DNA from: Anaerolineae bacterium
GTDB lineage: Bacteria > Chloroflexota > Anaerolineae > 4572-78 > NAK82
DNA length: 64,000 nt
Assembly: GCA_036172345.1 (NCBI GenBank)
Contig: JASFBB010000180.1
Location: 13,946-77,945, forward strand
Direction: 5' to 3'
Within the stretch, counting starts at the first letter, position 1. The number at the start of each line of letters is the position of its first letter. Below are positions 1 through 9,492 of the stretch, piece by piece. The position numbers and the translations under genes were made by a program. Below the pieces are notes generated by a model. That model saw only the letters and a program-made list of their open reading frames with translations. It was not told the origin of the DNA and made no database searches.

Positions 1-1552
1 CGCCATAGGCCAGGATACGGTATTCGTCCACCTCGCGCAGCACTTCAGGCAGACCGATGAGGAAAAAGGCGCCGGTGATCACCCCTGGGATGCTGCCAAT
101 GCCGCCGATGATGATCAGACACAATACGTTGATCGAGACAAAGAGGGTGAAATCCATGGGGAAGATGGCGCCTTGGCGGGCAGCGAAAATTGCACCTCCC
201 ACGCCGGCAAACGAGGCGCCGATGGCGAATGCCATCAACTTAGCGGCCACAAGGTTGATGCCCATCGCCTGTGCCACGTCCTCGTCCTCACGCACAGCGA
301 TCCACGCTCGTCCGATGCGCGAGTCGTTGAGGCGCAGCGAGATGAAGACCACCACCAGACACGCGGCCAGGATCAAGTAATAGAGGTAACGCGGATCGCT
401 CAGCTGGATGCCGAAGAAAGGGGGCGGCGGGGTCTCCATAATGCCCTGTGGCCCACCGATGTAGGGCTTTAACACGTCCGAGAGTGCCAAAATGCGGATG
501 ATCTCCCCGAACCCCAATGTGACGATAGCGAGATAGTCACCGCGCAGACGCAAGACAGGGATGCCGAGCAAGATACCGGAGAGCGCAGCGAACATCAGGG
601 CAATCGGCAGTGCCACCCAGAATGGCAACCCCAAGTGGAGCGAAGAGGCCGGCGAGCTGAAGAGTGCCAGCGTGTAGGCACCGATGGCGTAGAAAGCAAC
701 ATAGCCCAGATCCAACAGCCCGGCCATGCCCACCACGATGTTCAAGCCAAGGCCCATCAACGTGAATAACCCGATGGTGGTCAACGTCTGCGACCAGAAC
801 AACCCCACCACAAAGGGCAGCGCCGCCAAGACGCTAACAATGAGCGCGATCGAGACATAACGCCAGACACCCCCACTCCTCCGTCGAACCACGGCCGCAT
901 CCGGACGCGGGCGCGCCCGCAACAGGTAGGTCACCAAGCCCACCAGGATGAACAAACCGATTCCGGCCGGTAACGGAAGCACCTTGCCTGCTTTCACGCC
1001 CAGGAGTTTCATGATGAGGCGCGAGACATCCAGGCCGATGATCGCCTCCCAGAATATCCCGATCAGGATGACCGCCATAAGGCCTTCGAGGAGGGCACGC
1101 CGTAGTTGTTGCGGCAATAACCCGAAGAGAACAGCCAGGATTGCCATTACAGCTGACATTCCAATCAGCACCAAGGCAGCGCTAGACAGCGGCAGTCCCA
1201 AGGACAGCGCGGCGACCATCTCCGGCGTGGCATTGACCAGCACATCGCGCAATGCCACTTGGCTGACCACAAGCAACAAAACAGCCAACATAATGCCAGT
1301 GATCAGGCCGGCGATCCCGGCGGCCAGCGCCTTATGTCCTAGTTGTGGGGAGCTCTTGGCCACTTGGCGCGCCGCCAATGCACCGGCCGCCAAGCCGAAG
1401 GCCAGCAAGATCACCATCGAGAGCGTAAGGTCGCCGACCAGGTAGCGTTTGGCGAAGGTCTGCACCATACCGATCAGCACGATGAAAACAGCGACCACGC
1501 CGAGGATGAGGCCGTTGCGTACTCCAGCACGGATGACGGATAACGGATTCAC
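1..1552 (-). CDS. livM: Branched-chain amino acid ABC transporter permease, LivM-type (3' end runs off the left edge)
   Basis: Absent from the ORF track because no stop lies inside the window. My minus-strand translation from GTG at 1552 (AGGAGG about 9 nt upstream, overlapping the livH stop) gives VNPLSVIRAGVRNGLILGVVAVFIVLIGMV. Near the left edge it reads ...RIGRAWIAVREDEDVAQAMGINLVAAKLMAFAIGASFAGVGGAIFAA..., a LivM/LivH permease core. The codon at 391 is in frame with 1552. No minus-strand ORF fragments are listed for 1-1565, consistent with one open frame. Confidence 0.8.
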   Translation of the reverse strand, partial: MNPLSVIRAGVRNGLILGVVAVFIVLIGMVQTFAKRYLVGDLTLSMVILLAFGLAAGALAARQVAKSSPQLGHKALAAGIAGLITGIMLAVLLLVVSQVALRDVLVNATPEMVAALSLGLPLSSAALVLIGMSAVMAILAVLFGLLPQQLRRALLEGLMAVILIGIFWEAIIGLDVSRLIMKLLGVKAGKVLPLPAGIGLFILVGLVTYLLRARPRPDAAVVRRRSGGVWRYVSIALIVSVLAALPFVVGLFWSQTLTTIGLFTLMGLGLNIVVGMAGLLDLGYVAFYAIGAYTLALFSSPASSLHLGLPFWVALPIALMFAALSGILLGIPVLRLRGDYLAIVTLGFGEIIRILALSDVLKPYIGGPQGIMETPPPPFFGIQLSDPRYLYYLILAACLVVVFISLRLNDSRIGRAWIAVREDEDVAQAMGINLVAAKLMAFAIGASFAGVGGAIFAARQGAIFPMDFTLFVSINVLCLIIIGGIGSIPGVITGAFFLIGLPEVLREVDEYRILAYG

Positions 1553-1565
1553 GCGCGCAATCCTC

Positions 1566-2663
1566 CTAGGCCTTCTTGCCGGACAGCACTTCACCCAAGA
1601 TGCCGGAAGGTCGGAAGATCAGCACGATCACCAGCAGGCCGAACGAAATCACGTCTTTGAGCTGCGTGCTGATGTCCAAGGCGGTGGGAGCGATCGCTTC
1701 CACGAAGCCGAGGAACAGTCCCCCCATCATGGCGCCGGGAATATTGCCGATGCCGCCCAACACGGCCGCCGTGAACGCTTTGATGCCCGGAATGAAACCC
1801 ACCGTGTGGATCACCTGCTTATACCACAACCCCCACATCACGCCCGCGGCGCCGGCGAGTGCCGATCCGATGGCGAAGGTGATCATGATCACCCAGTCCA
1901 CGTCAATGCCCATCAAGGCGGCGGTCTCTTTGTCCTCTGCCACCGCACGCATGGCCTTGCCGATCTTGGTCTTGCGCACCAACAGATAAAGTGCCACCAT
2001 CAGGATAACAGTGATGATGATAATGAGAACGCTCATATGTTGAATGCGCAGCTCCCGTTCACCCACACTGACCGCCCATGAGCCGGAGAGCACCGCGACA
2101 GTGGGATAGACCTTCGTACGAATGCCAAACAGCAGCCGCACGGCTTGCTGTAAGAAGAAAGAAGCGCCGATAGCGCAGATCAGGGGCACCAGGCGCGGCG
2201 CGCGGCGCAACGGCCGATAGGCGATGCGCTCCAACAAAATGCCCACGACCGGGGGTATCCCCATACCGACGATGAAGGTGATCAACAAGGCCGGTAAGGG
2301 GTTGGAGGCCAGGAAACCGGACTGATGAAAGCCGTTCAGCACGAAGTAACCTGCCATCGCCCCGATCATGAAGATTTCACCATGGGCAAAGTTGATCATC
2401 AGCAGGATGCCGTAGACCATCGTGTATCCCAGCGCGACCAGGGCATACATCGAACCTTGCACCAGGCCGTTGAGGGTTTGCATCAGCCATACGTCGGGAC
2501 CGTATAATCCTTGTGCTGCCGTACCCGCGATGCGCCACACCACCAGCGCGGTCACTCCTAATCCCACCACCCAAAGCGCAATGCGGTTGAGCGAGACCCT
2601 CACCGCTGGTGCCCGGCTGACTCGTGCCCCCCGAGAGACTACTGCCATACGAACACGCTCCAA
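1566..2663 (-). CDS. livH: Branched-chain amino acid ABC transporter permease, LivH-type
   Basis: 365-aa ORF, TM-rich, with the family core NGLVQGSMYALVALGYTMVYGILLMINFAHGEIFMIGAM and GIKAFTAAVLGGIGNIPGAMMGG. The first ~40 aa are Arg-rich, so the true start may be internal. Sits between the binding protein and livM on the same strand. Confidence 0.85.
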   Translation of the reverse strand: MERVRMAVVSRGARVSRAPAVRVSLNRIALWVVGLGVTALVVWRIAGTAAQGLYGPDVWLMQTLNGLVQGSMYALVALGYTMVYGILLMINFAHGEIFMIGAMAGYFVLNGFHQSGFLASNPLPALLITFIVGMGIPPVVGILLERIAYRPLRRAPRLVPLICAIGASFFLQQAVRLLFGIRTKVYPTVAVLSGSWAVSVGERELRIQHMSVLIIIITVILMVALYLLVRKTKIGKAMRAVAEDKETAALMGIDVDWVIMITFAIGSALAGAAGVMWGLWYKQVIHTVGFIPGIKAFTAAVLGGIGNIPGAMMGGLFLGFVEAIAPTALDISTQLKDVISFGLLVIVLIFRPSGILGEVLSGKKA

Positions 2664-2794
2664 ATATCCCTGAAGGATCGGATTAAGACATTCCGATAGG
2701 GGCGACGCATCCAGCCGCCCCTATCCCATCCGAGTTCTATCGTGAAGCAAGATGAGGAGAAACCCCCATCGTCCTACTTTGTGAGTATCACCCG

Positions 2795-4258
2795 CTATTC
2801 CGCGGGTGCCCACTGGCCGTTCACCACCTTAGAGATTGCCACTGTTCCGGTGCCGCAGTCGCCGTTGGGCTGGCAGGTGATCACGCCGGACAGACCCTGA
2901 TAACCGGTCGTGGCGCGGACGGCGCGATTGAGCGCCTCACGCCCGATCCACAGGGTGCCATCCGGTCCCTGGACAGCCGAGTGGTAGATGGCATCCATGA
3001 TCACGTTGACGGCGTCATAGGCGTGCAGGTGGAAAGGCGCTGGCGGCTTCTCGCCGTAAGTAGCTTCGTACTTGGCCATAAAGGTATTGACGCCCGGTCC
3101 GGCGGTGGCCAAATCCGCTGCGCTCGCGTACACCCCTTCAGCTGCTGCACCGGCGGACTTGATGAAATCCTCCGCCTTGATGCCGTCGGCTCCCATGAAG
3201 ATGACGTTTTCCATACCGACATCCGCGCGCTGGCTGGCCAGGAAGGCGCCCTCGGCCACGAAACCGCCGAAGTAGATCAACTCCGGTTTGTTCACGCCGA
3301 TCTTGGTCAACACCGGGCGCATATCAGTGTCGCCCACCGAGACTGCTTCTTGAGCAACCACTTCGCCACCTATCGCCTTGAACGCTTCCGCAAAGGCATT
3401 CACCAGACCTTCGCCGTAAGGGCTGCCATCGTGGATCGTGGCTACCTTCCGAATGCCCAGTTTCTCATATACGAACTTGGCGGCTGCAGGTCCCTGAATG
3501 GCATCACTCCAGCACACACGGTTGGCGGCACGCAGACCGCGCGCGGTGAACGCCACGGCGGTCGAGCTGGGCGAAACCATTGTGTAACCGGCACGCTCAT
3601 AGATGTCCGAGGCCGGAATCGAGGAGCTGGAGCACATGTTGCCGACCACTGCGACGATGGTGGGATCGGCTACGAACTTGTTGGCCACTGCTGTGCCACC
3701 TTCGCCGGAGCACAGGTCATCCTCCACCACCAGCTCCACAGGATGACCGGCCAATGTAGGACGATCCGCTACAGCGAGCTCCGCTCCACGCTTCTCGTCC
3801 AGGCCCAACACATCCACACCGGCACCGCTCAGTGCCGCGGCAAAACCAATGCGCACCGGCTCGCCTGGAGCGACGGTGACCACACCCCACGGGTCATCGG
3901 GCGGCGCATCTCCCTTGGCAGGACCGATACGCTCGCCCTTCAGATATGCCTGCACCAGGTCCGCAGTGGGGATGAGGATGACATCACCCTCTTTTAGGGC
4001 ATTGGGGTCGGTGATCTTGGTGAGCTGTGGGTTGGTTTGTGCGGCGAAGTTGTTGTAATACACAATCGCGGGATAGGCCAGCACATTGCCAAAATCGCGT
4101 GCGGCGATCAAGGAGAGTGTCTCCCGCGGCCCAACAGTGTAGATCTTGCCCTCGATCTTGACCTCCGCCTCCTGGGCCGGTGGCGCAGCTAATGCCCCGA
4201 TCGGAAAGAGCGTCACTACCAATGCAATGACCAGCAACAGAACAAACCACTTCTTCAT
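2795..4258 (-). CDS. Leu/Ile/Val-binding-protein-type ABC substrate-binding protein with an N-terminal LysM-like module
   Basis: 487 aa. Signal/anchor MKKWFVLLLVIALVVTLFPIGALA. LysM-like stretch YTVGPRETLSLIAARDFG...EGDVILIP. Then a type I periplasmic-binding fold (RIGFAAALSGAGVDVLGLDEKRGAELAV, GNMCSSSSIPASDIYE). Strong RBS AAGGAGGAGG just upstream (reverse complement of about 4262-4273). Confidence 0.8.
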   Translation of the reverse strand: MKKWFVLLLVIALVVTLFPIGALAAPPAQEAEVKIEGKIYTVGPRETLSLIAARDFGNVLAYPAIVYYNNFAAQTNPQLTKITDPNALKEGDVILIPTADLVQAYLKGERIGPAKGDAPPDDPWGVVTVAPGEPVRIGFAAALSGAGVDVLGLDEKRGAELAVADRPTLAGHPVELVVEDDLCSGEGGTAVANKFVADPTIVAVVGNMCSSSSIPASDIYERAGYTMVSPSSTAVAFTARGLRAANRVCWSDAIQGPAAAKFVYEKLGIRKVATIHDGSPYGEGLVNAFAEAFKAIGGEVVAQEAVSVGDTDMRPVLTKIGVNKPELIYFGGFVAEGAFLASQRADVGMENVIFMGADGIKAEDFIKSAGAAAEGVYASAADLATAGPGVNTFMAKYEATYGEKPPAPFHLHAYDAVNVIMDAIYHSAVQGPDGTLWIGREALNRAVRATTGYQGLSGVITCQPNGDCGTGTVAISKVVNGQWAPAE

Positions 4259-4657
4259 GGTGTCCTCCTCCTTATGCGTGAGCTCGATACAAGATGTTCC
4301 TTACTTTAAGGGTCAAGCAGCGTGAAAAAGCAAGCACCTATCGATGATCATCCCCCCTTTCACTGCGGTGATCGGCAGCCCCGGTCAATCCAAATATATT
4401 GCCCATCCATATGAGGTTGCACCCGGGATATGCCATTATGTCCTTTCTGAAGACTCCAAAAGCGATTAAATGCAACTGATACCCAATGCGCACTAGAAGC
4501 TATAGGATCGGGAAGACATCCATCTTGCTTGGCAGAAAATCCTGCCGCACTCTATCATCTACGTCTAATTGAAACGAAATTATACCATCCTCTTAAAGGA
4601 TGTCAAGCGGGCATTCGATGGATGGCTGGAACACCTTTCCCGCCCTCGAAACTTTCC

Positions 4658-4686
4658 TTGCACGAAGATGCCCGACATGTTAAAAT
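4658..4686 (+). promoter_or_regulatory. Sigma-70-like promoter candidate upstream of the phosphohexomutase gene
   Basis: TTGCAC (4658-4663), 17-nt spacer, TAAAAT (4681-4686). Lies in a 540-bp lower-GC divergent intergenic region, about 110 nt upstream of the ATG at 4797. Confidence 0.35.
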
Positions 4687-4796
4687 AAAGTAGGTATGAT
4701 AGTCACCTGGCGCTGCCGCTAGCAGGGTAAGGTGCGCTGCCGATTTCAGTCTATGGTGGATGCGGTGCAATCGCCAGGGGACGATCACCAAACTCG

Positions 4797-6203
4797 ATGT
4801 CTGATAGCGATTCATCTGACAAGCCTATCATCAACCCGCATCTCTTGCGTGGATATAGCTTCCGCGGACTGGCAGACCGAGACCTGCCCGATGAGGTGGT
4901 CGCCCGGCTCGGCTATGCGGCGGGTACTTATTTTGCCCGTTTGGGCGAGAGGACGGTCGTCCTCGCACGGGATGCGCGGCTGAGCTCTCCACGCATCCGT
5001 GCCACGCTGAGATCTGCATTGCTTCACTCCGGTGTGCGCGTGATCGATATAGGCTTGGTGCCGACGCCGGTGCACAACTTTGCCACCGATCTCTATGGCC
5101 CCGCCGCCGGCGTCATGGTGACAGCGAGCCATAACCCACCGGAGTACAATGGCCTCAAGCTGCGCCGGGAACGTACCCTGGACGTTCATGAATTGCGAGA
5201 GATCATTGCCCTGGCAGCTCGTTCATCGCCTCCTCCTGCACCGCCGCCTGATGCGGATGTGTTCCTGACCTGGATGGACGTGATACCGACCTATCTGGAG
5301 CGCGTGCGCCGTTATACCGATGTGCGTCGCGCGCTCAAGGTGGTGCTGGATGGAGGCGATGGCACGAACGGGCCGCTGGTCGCCCCACTTTTGCGCGCAT
5401 TGGGCTGCCAGGTGGTGGAGATCAACTGCATTCCGGACGGGCATTTCCCCCACCGCGATCCCGACCCGACCGCACCCGATGCGGTGGATGCGTTAGCCGC
5501 GATGGTACGCCGCGAGGCGGCGGAGATCGGCTTGGCGTTTGACGGAGATGGCGATCGGTTGGTGGTCGTGGATGAACAGGGAACACGGATCTTGGGCGAT
5601 CAAATTATGATGTGGTTAGCGCGCGACGTGCTGCGCCAACAGCCTGGAGCGCGCATCGTGTTCGAAGCGCTTTGCACCCGCGCCCTCTACGACGATGTGC
5701 TCGCCCATGGCGGTGAGCCGATCGTCACACCCACCGGCTATGCCTATGTCCATGCCGCCGTTCTGGACCATGCAGCCGCGTTAGGTGGCGAGCTATCGGG
5801 TCACCTGTTCTTCCACTTGCCGGACTTTCGCTTCGACGACGCTATCCTGGGCGCGCTGCGACTGCTCAGCCTCCTCTCCCGGGACACTACACCCCTCTCC
5901 GAAATGGTGCGTGCGCTGCCGGCCTATCGTTCCTCACCGCCGCTGCGGATTGCCTGCTCGGACTCCGCCAAGAAGGAGGTAGTGGCTCGCGTGCGTGACC
6001 ATTTTGTGCGCACTTGGCCGGTGGATGAGTTAGACGGTGTGCGCATTGACTTTGGCGATGGTTGGGGTACGGTGCGCGCCTCGAACACACAGCCCGCTCT
6101 GGTGCTGCGCTTCGAGGCGCGTTCAGACAAACGTTTGGCTGAGATCACGCACTGGGTGATGAAGCAAGTAGGGCTTGCCATGCAGGAGAGCGACGGTGGC
6201 TGA
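4797..6203 (+). CDS. Phosphomannomutase/phosphoglucomutase-family phosphohexomutase
   Basis: 468 aa. Active-site loop TASHNPPEYNGLK, Mg-binding FDGDGDRL, sugar-binding loop GGELSGH. Confidence 0.85.
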   Translation: MSDSDSSDKPIINPHLLRGYSFRGLADRDLPDEVVARLGYAAGTYFARLGERTVVLARDARLSSPRIRATLRSALLHSGVRVIDIGLVPTPVHNFATDLYGPAAGVMVTASHNPPEYNGLKLRRERTLDVHELREIIALAARSSPPPAPPPDADVFLTWMDVIPTYLERVRRYTDVRRALKVVLDGGDGTNGPLVAPLLRALGCQVVEINCIPDGHFPHRDPDPTAPDAVDALAAMVRREAAEIGLAFDGDGDRLVVVDEQGTRILGDQIMMWLARDVLRQQPGARIVFEALCTRALYDDVLAHGGEPIVTPTGYAYVHAAVLDHAAALGGELSGHLFFHLPDFRFDDAILGALRLLSLLSRDTTPLSEMVRALPAYRSSPPLRIACSDSAKKEVVARVRDHFVRTWPVDELDGVRIDFGDGWGTVRASNTQPALVLRFEARSDKRLAEITHWVMKQVGLAMQESDGG

Positions 6204-6957
6204 GCGGGGACTGGCGGTGGTGATCCTGGCAGCCGGTCAGGGCAAACGCATGCGCTCTGACCGACCCAAGGTATTACACCCGCTGCTGGGACGGCCGATG
6301 ATCGCCTATGTGCTGGATGCGGCGCGCGTGCTCCGCCCGGAACGTTTGGTGGTTGTGGTGGGGCACAAAGGTGATCAGGTGCGCGCCGCGCTCGGTGATG
6401 GGGTTCTCTTCGCCGAGCAAAGGGAACGCCTCGGCACCGGGCATGCCGTGTTGCAGGCGCGTGCTGCAGTGGGTGATTGCAACACGGTGTTGGTGCTATA
6501 CGGGGACATGCCGCTGCTGCGCGCGGAGACGCTGCGTGCACTTTATCAACTGTACCGCAGCAGCGAGGGGCCACTTGCCATGCTGGTGGTGCGTGACACC
6601 GTGTCACGCGGGTTTGGACGCATCATCCGAGATGTATCGGGACGAGTGCAAGCGATCGTTGAGGAGGCGGAATGCACGCCCGAGCAGCTCGCCATTCCGG
6701 AGCTCAACCCGGGTGTTTATTGCTTTGATGCCGAATGGTTGTGGCAACATTTACCGAAGCTCCCCTTGCATCCCGACAAGGGAGATGCGGGGGAGTACTT
6801 TCTCACCGATTTGGTGGCGATCGCCGTTGCGGAAGGGCATGCGGTGCGCGATATGCTCGCTCGCGATCCCCTTGAAGCGCTCGGCATCAACACACCGGAA
6901 CACCTGGTCGAGGCGGAAGCTGCTCTCAAACGTCGCGCCCAAATGGGGGAGGTGTAA
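6175..6957 (+). CDS. GlmU-like sugar-1-phosphate nucleotidyltransferase domain protein (N-terminal half of GlmU only)
   Basis: 260 aa. LAAGQGKRMRSDRPKVLHPLLGRPMIAYVLD and LYGDMPLL match the GlmU uridyltransferase domain. No left-handed beta-helix region is present. A likelier start is the in-frame GTG at 6196, overlapping the upstream TGA (GTGGCTGA). Confidence 0.8.
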   Translation: MPCRRATVAERGLAVVILAAGQGKRMRSDRPKVLHPLLGRPMIAYVLDAARVLRPERLVVVVGHKGDQVRAALGDGVLFAEQRERLGTGHAVLQARAAVGDCNTVLVLYGDMPLLRAETLRALYQLYRSSEGPLAMLVVRDTVSRGFGRIIRDVSGRVQAIVEEAECTPEQLAIPELNPGVYCFDAEWLWQHLPKLPLHPDKGDAGEYFLTDLVAIAVAEGHAVRDMLARDPLEALGINTPEHLVEAEAALKRRAQMGEV

Positions 6958-6966
6958 CATTCACCT

Positions 6967-7680
6967 ATGCTCAAGCCAGAGGATTTCTTCGATCTATCGC
7001 GTTATATCCATCGTGAGTTGTTCGCTGACCTGCGTGTCATCTACGTCTGGGATGCGTTGAAGCTGCTCAAAGAATATTTGGAGCACATCATCAAGCCGGA
7101 AATCCAAGGTGAGGTGATGCCGGGCGCCTACATCGTCGGAGAGTGCATCTTCATCGGCGCTGGCTCGGTGGTGGAACCGGGTGCGCTCATCAAGGGCCCA
7201 GCGTACATCGGGCGCAACACCCAGGTGCGCCACGGAGCCTATGTGCGGGAGCGTGTCCTGGTGGGTGATAACTGTGTGATTGGCCATGCCACCGAGATCA
7301 AGGACACCATTATGCTGGACAACGCCCACGCGGCGCACTTCGCCTATCTGGGGGATAGCATTGTGGGCAATCACGTTAACCTGGGCGCCGGCACGCGGCT
7401 GGCCAATCTAAAGTTGGACGGCTCCAATGTGCGCGTGCGCTTCGGCGAGGAAGTGCTGGACACCGGCATGCGCAAGCTGGGAGCGATCCTGGGCGACCGG
7501 GTACAGACCGGCTGCAATACGGTGACCAATCCGGGCACCTTATTAGCACCCGATTGTCGGGTGTATGCGCTGACATCCCCGCGCGGCTACTACCCTCCGG
7601 GCAGCATTATCCGACCGAGCAACGGGGTAGAAACCGTTGTGATGCGACAATCGGGTGCCGCGGAAGGAAGAGGTTCGTAA
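6967..7680 (+). CDS. Hexapeptide-repeat (left-handed beta-helix) acyl/acetyltransferase, GlmU C-terminal-like
   Basis: 237 aa. Hexapeptide run IGAGSVVEPGALIKGPAYIGRNTQVRHGAYVRERVLVGDNCVIGHATEIKD and HFAYLGDSIVGNHVNLGAGTRLANL resemble the GlmU acetyltransferase domain. Starts 9 nt after the nucleotidyltransferase stop. Confidence 0.75.
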   Translation: MLKPEDFFDLSRYIHRELFADLRVIYVWDALKLLKEYLEHIIKPEIQGEVMPGAYIVGECIFIGAGSVVEPGALIKGPAYIGRNTQVRHGAYVRERVLVGDNCVIGHATEIKDTIMLDNAHAAHFAYLGDSIVGNHVNLGAGTRLANLKLDGSNVRVRFGEEVLDTGMRKLGAILGDRVQTGCNTVTNPGTLLAPDCRVYALTSPRGYYPPGSIIRPSNGVETVVMRQSGAAEGRGS

Positions 7681-7681
7681 A

Positions 7682-9088
7682 GTGGGATCGGATGTGATTG
7701 CGTCGCTGGTGCTCTTTCTTCTGTTGGTCTTGTTGCATGCTCTCTTTGTCGCTGCCGAGGTCGCGATCGCCGCGATGGACAAAGCGCGCCTGAGCTTGCT
7801 GGCAGAAGAAGGGCACTATGCGGCACGTTTGATCGAACGCCTGGCGCACAATACGCTCCATCTTTCAGCTGCCACGCAGCTGGCCACCAAATCACTGAGC
7901 TTTCTGGCCGTGGCGCTGGCCATCGTGCAGTACAGTGCGCCCCTGGCCGGGCAGCTCGCATGGCTTGCACCGGGCTGGTCTGCCGTCACCCATCAGTCCG
8001 TAGCGATCGGCTTGATCGCGCTGTTGCTGATGCTGGTGATGGTGCTGCTGGGCGAGCTGATGCCGCGCGCTATCGCGACGCGTTATCCGGAAGCGGTGGC
8101 CACACTGGCGGTCTATCCGATGACGTTGGTGGCATTCATCGCAACACCGATCGCGCGCGTGGCGGCCGCCCTGAATGCTTGGCTGACTGGCACCCCCACT
8201 GCGGTCATGGGCGCCAGCTTTCCGACGGTCACCGAAGAACAGATCAAAACCTTGGTGGACGCCGGTGAGGAGGGTGGCATCATTGAAGAAGAAGAGCGGG
8301 AGATGATCTACTCCATCTTCGAGCTGGGCGACACGCTGGCGCGCGAGGTGATGGTGCCGCGCATCGATATGGTCGCGCTGGAGGTCAACACGCGCATCGA
8401 GGAAGCGCTGCGCGTGATTGTGGAGGTTGGGCACTCGCGCATCCCGGTCTACGACGAGACGATCGACAACATTGTGGGCATCCTTTATGCCAAGGATATA
8501 TTAAAATGCTGGCCGCATTTTGAGACGTTGCACCTGCGTGATATCCTGCGTGAACCTTACTTCGTCCCGGAGACCAAGCCGGTGGATGAGCTGCTTCAGG
8601 AGTTGCAGCGGCGCAAGGTACACATCGCCATCGTCGTGGACGAATACGGCGGTGTGGCGGGTCTGGTCACCATCGAGGACATCCTCGAAGAGATCGTGGG
8701 CGAAATTCAAGATGAATACGACGCGGAAGAACCCTCGCTGGTCATCGTCAGCTCGGATGAGGTGATCTGCGAAGGGCGCACCGACCTGGACGACATCAAC
8801 GAAGCGCTGCACGCTGAGCTGCCCACAGACGTGAGTGACACGGTGGGTGGGCTGATCTACAGCTGCCTGGGGCGTGTCGCCGTGACAGGTGATCAGGTGT
8901 GCTTCGGCGACTTGGAGCTCACCGTGCTTGCCGTCACGGGACGCCGCATCAAAAAGGTGCGTGTGAAGCGGCTGCCCGCGGATGACACGGAGGGTTCAAT
9001 GATCTCGTGTGGCGATGGGAACGTCCTCTCTCCCAAAGCACCCCCGGCCTCATCATTGCCCTCAGAAAGCCAGAGCATTGCCGGATGA
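7682..9088 (+). CDS. CNNM/CorC/TlyC-family membrane protein (DUF21 + CBS pair + CorC_HlyC)
   Basis: ORF-track frame 7655-9088. The in-frame GTG at 7682 avoids overlap with the upstream gene. TM N-terminus, CBS pair (REVMVPRIDMVALE, IPVYDETIDNIVGILYAKDIL, VHIAIVVDEYGGVAGLVTIEDILEEIVGEI) and a transporter-associated C-terminal domain. Confidence 0.8.
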   Translation: MGSDVIASLVLFLLLVLLHALFVAAEVAIAAMDKARLSLLAEEGHYAARLIERLAHNTLHLSAATQLATKSLSFLAVALAIVQYSAPLAGQLAWLAPGWSAVTHQSVAIGLIALLLMLVMVLLGELMPRAIATRYPEAVATLAVYPMTLVAFIATPIARVAAALNAWLTGTPTAVMGASFPTVTEEQIKTLVDAGEEGGIIEEEEREMIYSIFELGDTLAREVMVPRIDMVALEVNTRIEEALRVIVEVGHSRIPVYDETIDNIVGILYAKDILKCWPHFETLHLRDILREPYFVPETKPVDELLQELQRRKVHIAIVVDEYGGVAGLVTIEDILEEIVGEIQDEYDAEEPSLVIVSSDEVICEGRTDLDDINEALHAELPTDVSDTVGGLIYSCLGRVAVTGDQVCFGDLELTVLAVTGRRIKKVRVKRLPADDTEGSMISCGDGNVLSPKAPPASSLPSESQSIAG

Positions 9089-9474
9089 ACTATGCGCAGC
9101 TGATCGACCTGGCTCTGCAAGCACGCGAGCATGCCTACGCACCTTATTCTCGCTTCAAGGTGGGTGCTGCCTTGCTGACCGCTTCGGGACGCATCTATAC
9201 CGGCTGCAACATCGAAAATGTGGCTTTCTCGCCGTCGGTGTGCGCCGAGCGCACCGCCATCTTCAAGGCGGTGTCCGAGGGCGAGCGCGAATTCGTGGCG
9301 ATTGCCATTGTCACGCAGAACGGCATCCCGCCGTGTGGCGTCTGCCGGCAGGTGATGATGGAATTTGCCCCCGACCTCACCTTGGTCATTGCCAATTTGG
9401 AAGGTGATCACCACATCACCACGTTGGGCGAACTGTTCCCTCATGCCTTTACCCCGCCCCAATTACCTCGTTGA
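9085..9474 (+). CDS. cdd: Cytidine deaminase
   Basis: Internal ATG of ORF 9007-9474 (MNYAQLIDLAL...), overlapping the upstream stop (ATGA). Zinc motifs SVCAERTAIF and PPCGVCRQVMMEF. Confidence 0.9.
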   Translation: MNYAQLIDLALQAREHAYAPYSRFKVGAALLTASGRIYTGCNIENVAFSPSVCAERTAIFKAVSEGEREFVAIAIVTQNGIPPCGVCRQVMMEFAPDLTLVIANLEGDHHITTLGELFPHAFTPPQLPR

Positions 9475-9492
9475 ACACGTGGAGGATCGTTT

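Noticed and set aside
1-1560. Plus-strand ORFs at 57-380, 173-472, 948-1445, 1343-1543 and 1449-2081.
   Set aside because: Their translations are low-complexity (Ala/Arg/Pro/Thr-rich) with no motifs. They lie antisense to a continuous minus-strand frame that translates into recognisable LivM/LivH permease sequence. These are shadow ORFs, typical of GC-rich DNA.
5924-6607. Long antisense or overlapping ORFs in many places. Examples: 5924-6607(-), 6308-7060(+), 16779-17429(-), 17323-18303(-), 21180-22214(+), 22576-23226(-), 36420-37082(-), 37185-38867(-, 560 aa), 41774-42508(-), 49270-49986(-), 62046-62564(-).
   Set aside because: Each overlaps a gene with strong family motifs on the other strand or in another frame. 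Their own translations are Arg/Pro/His/Gly-rich without recognisable domains. Long open antisense frames are expected at this GC content.
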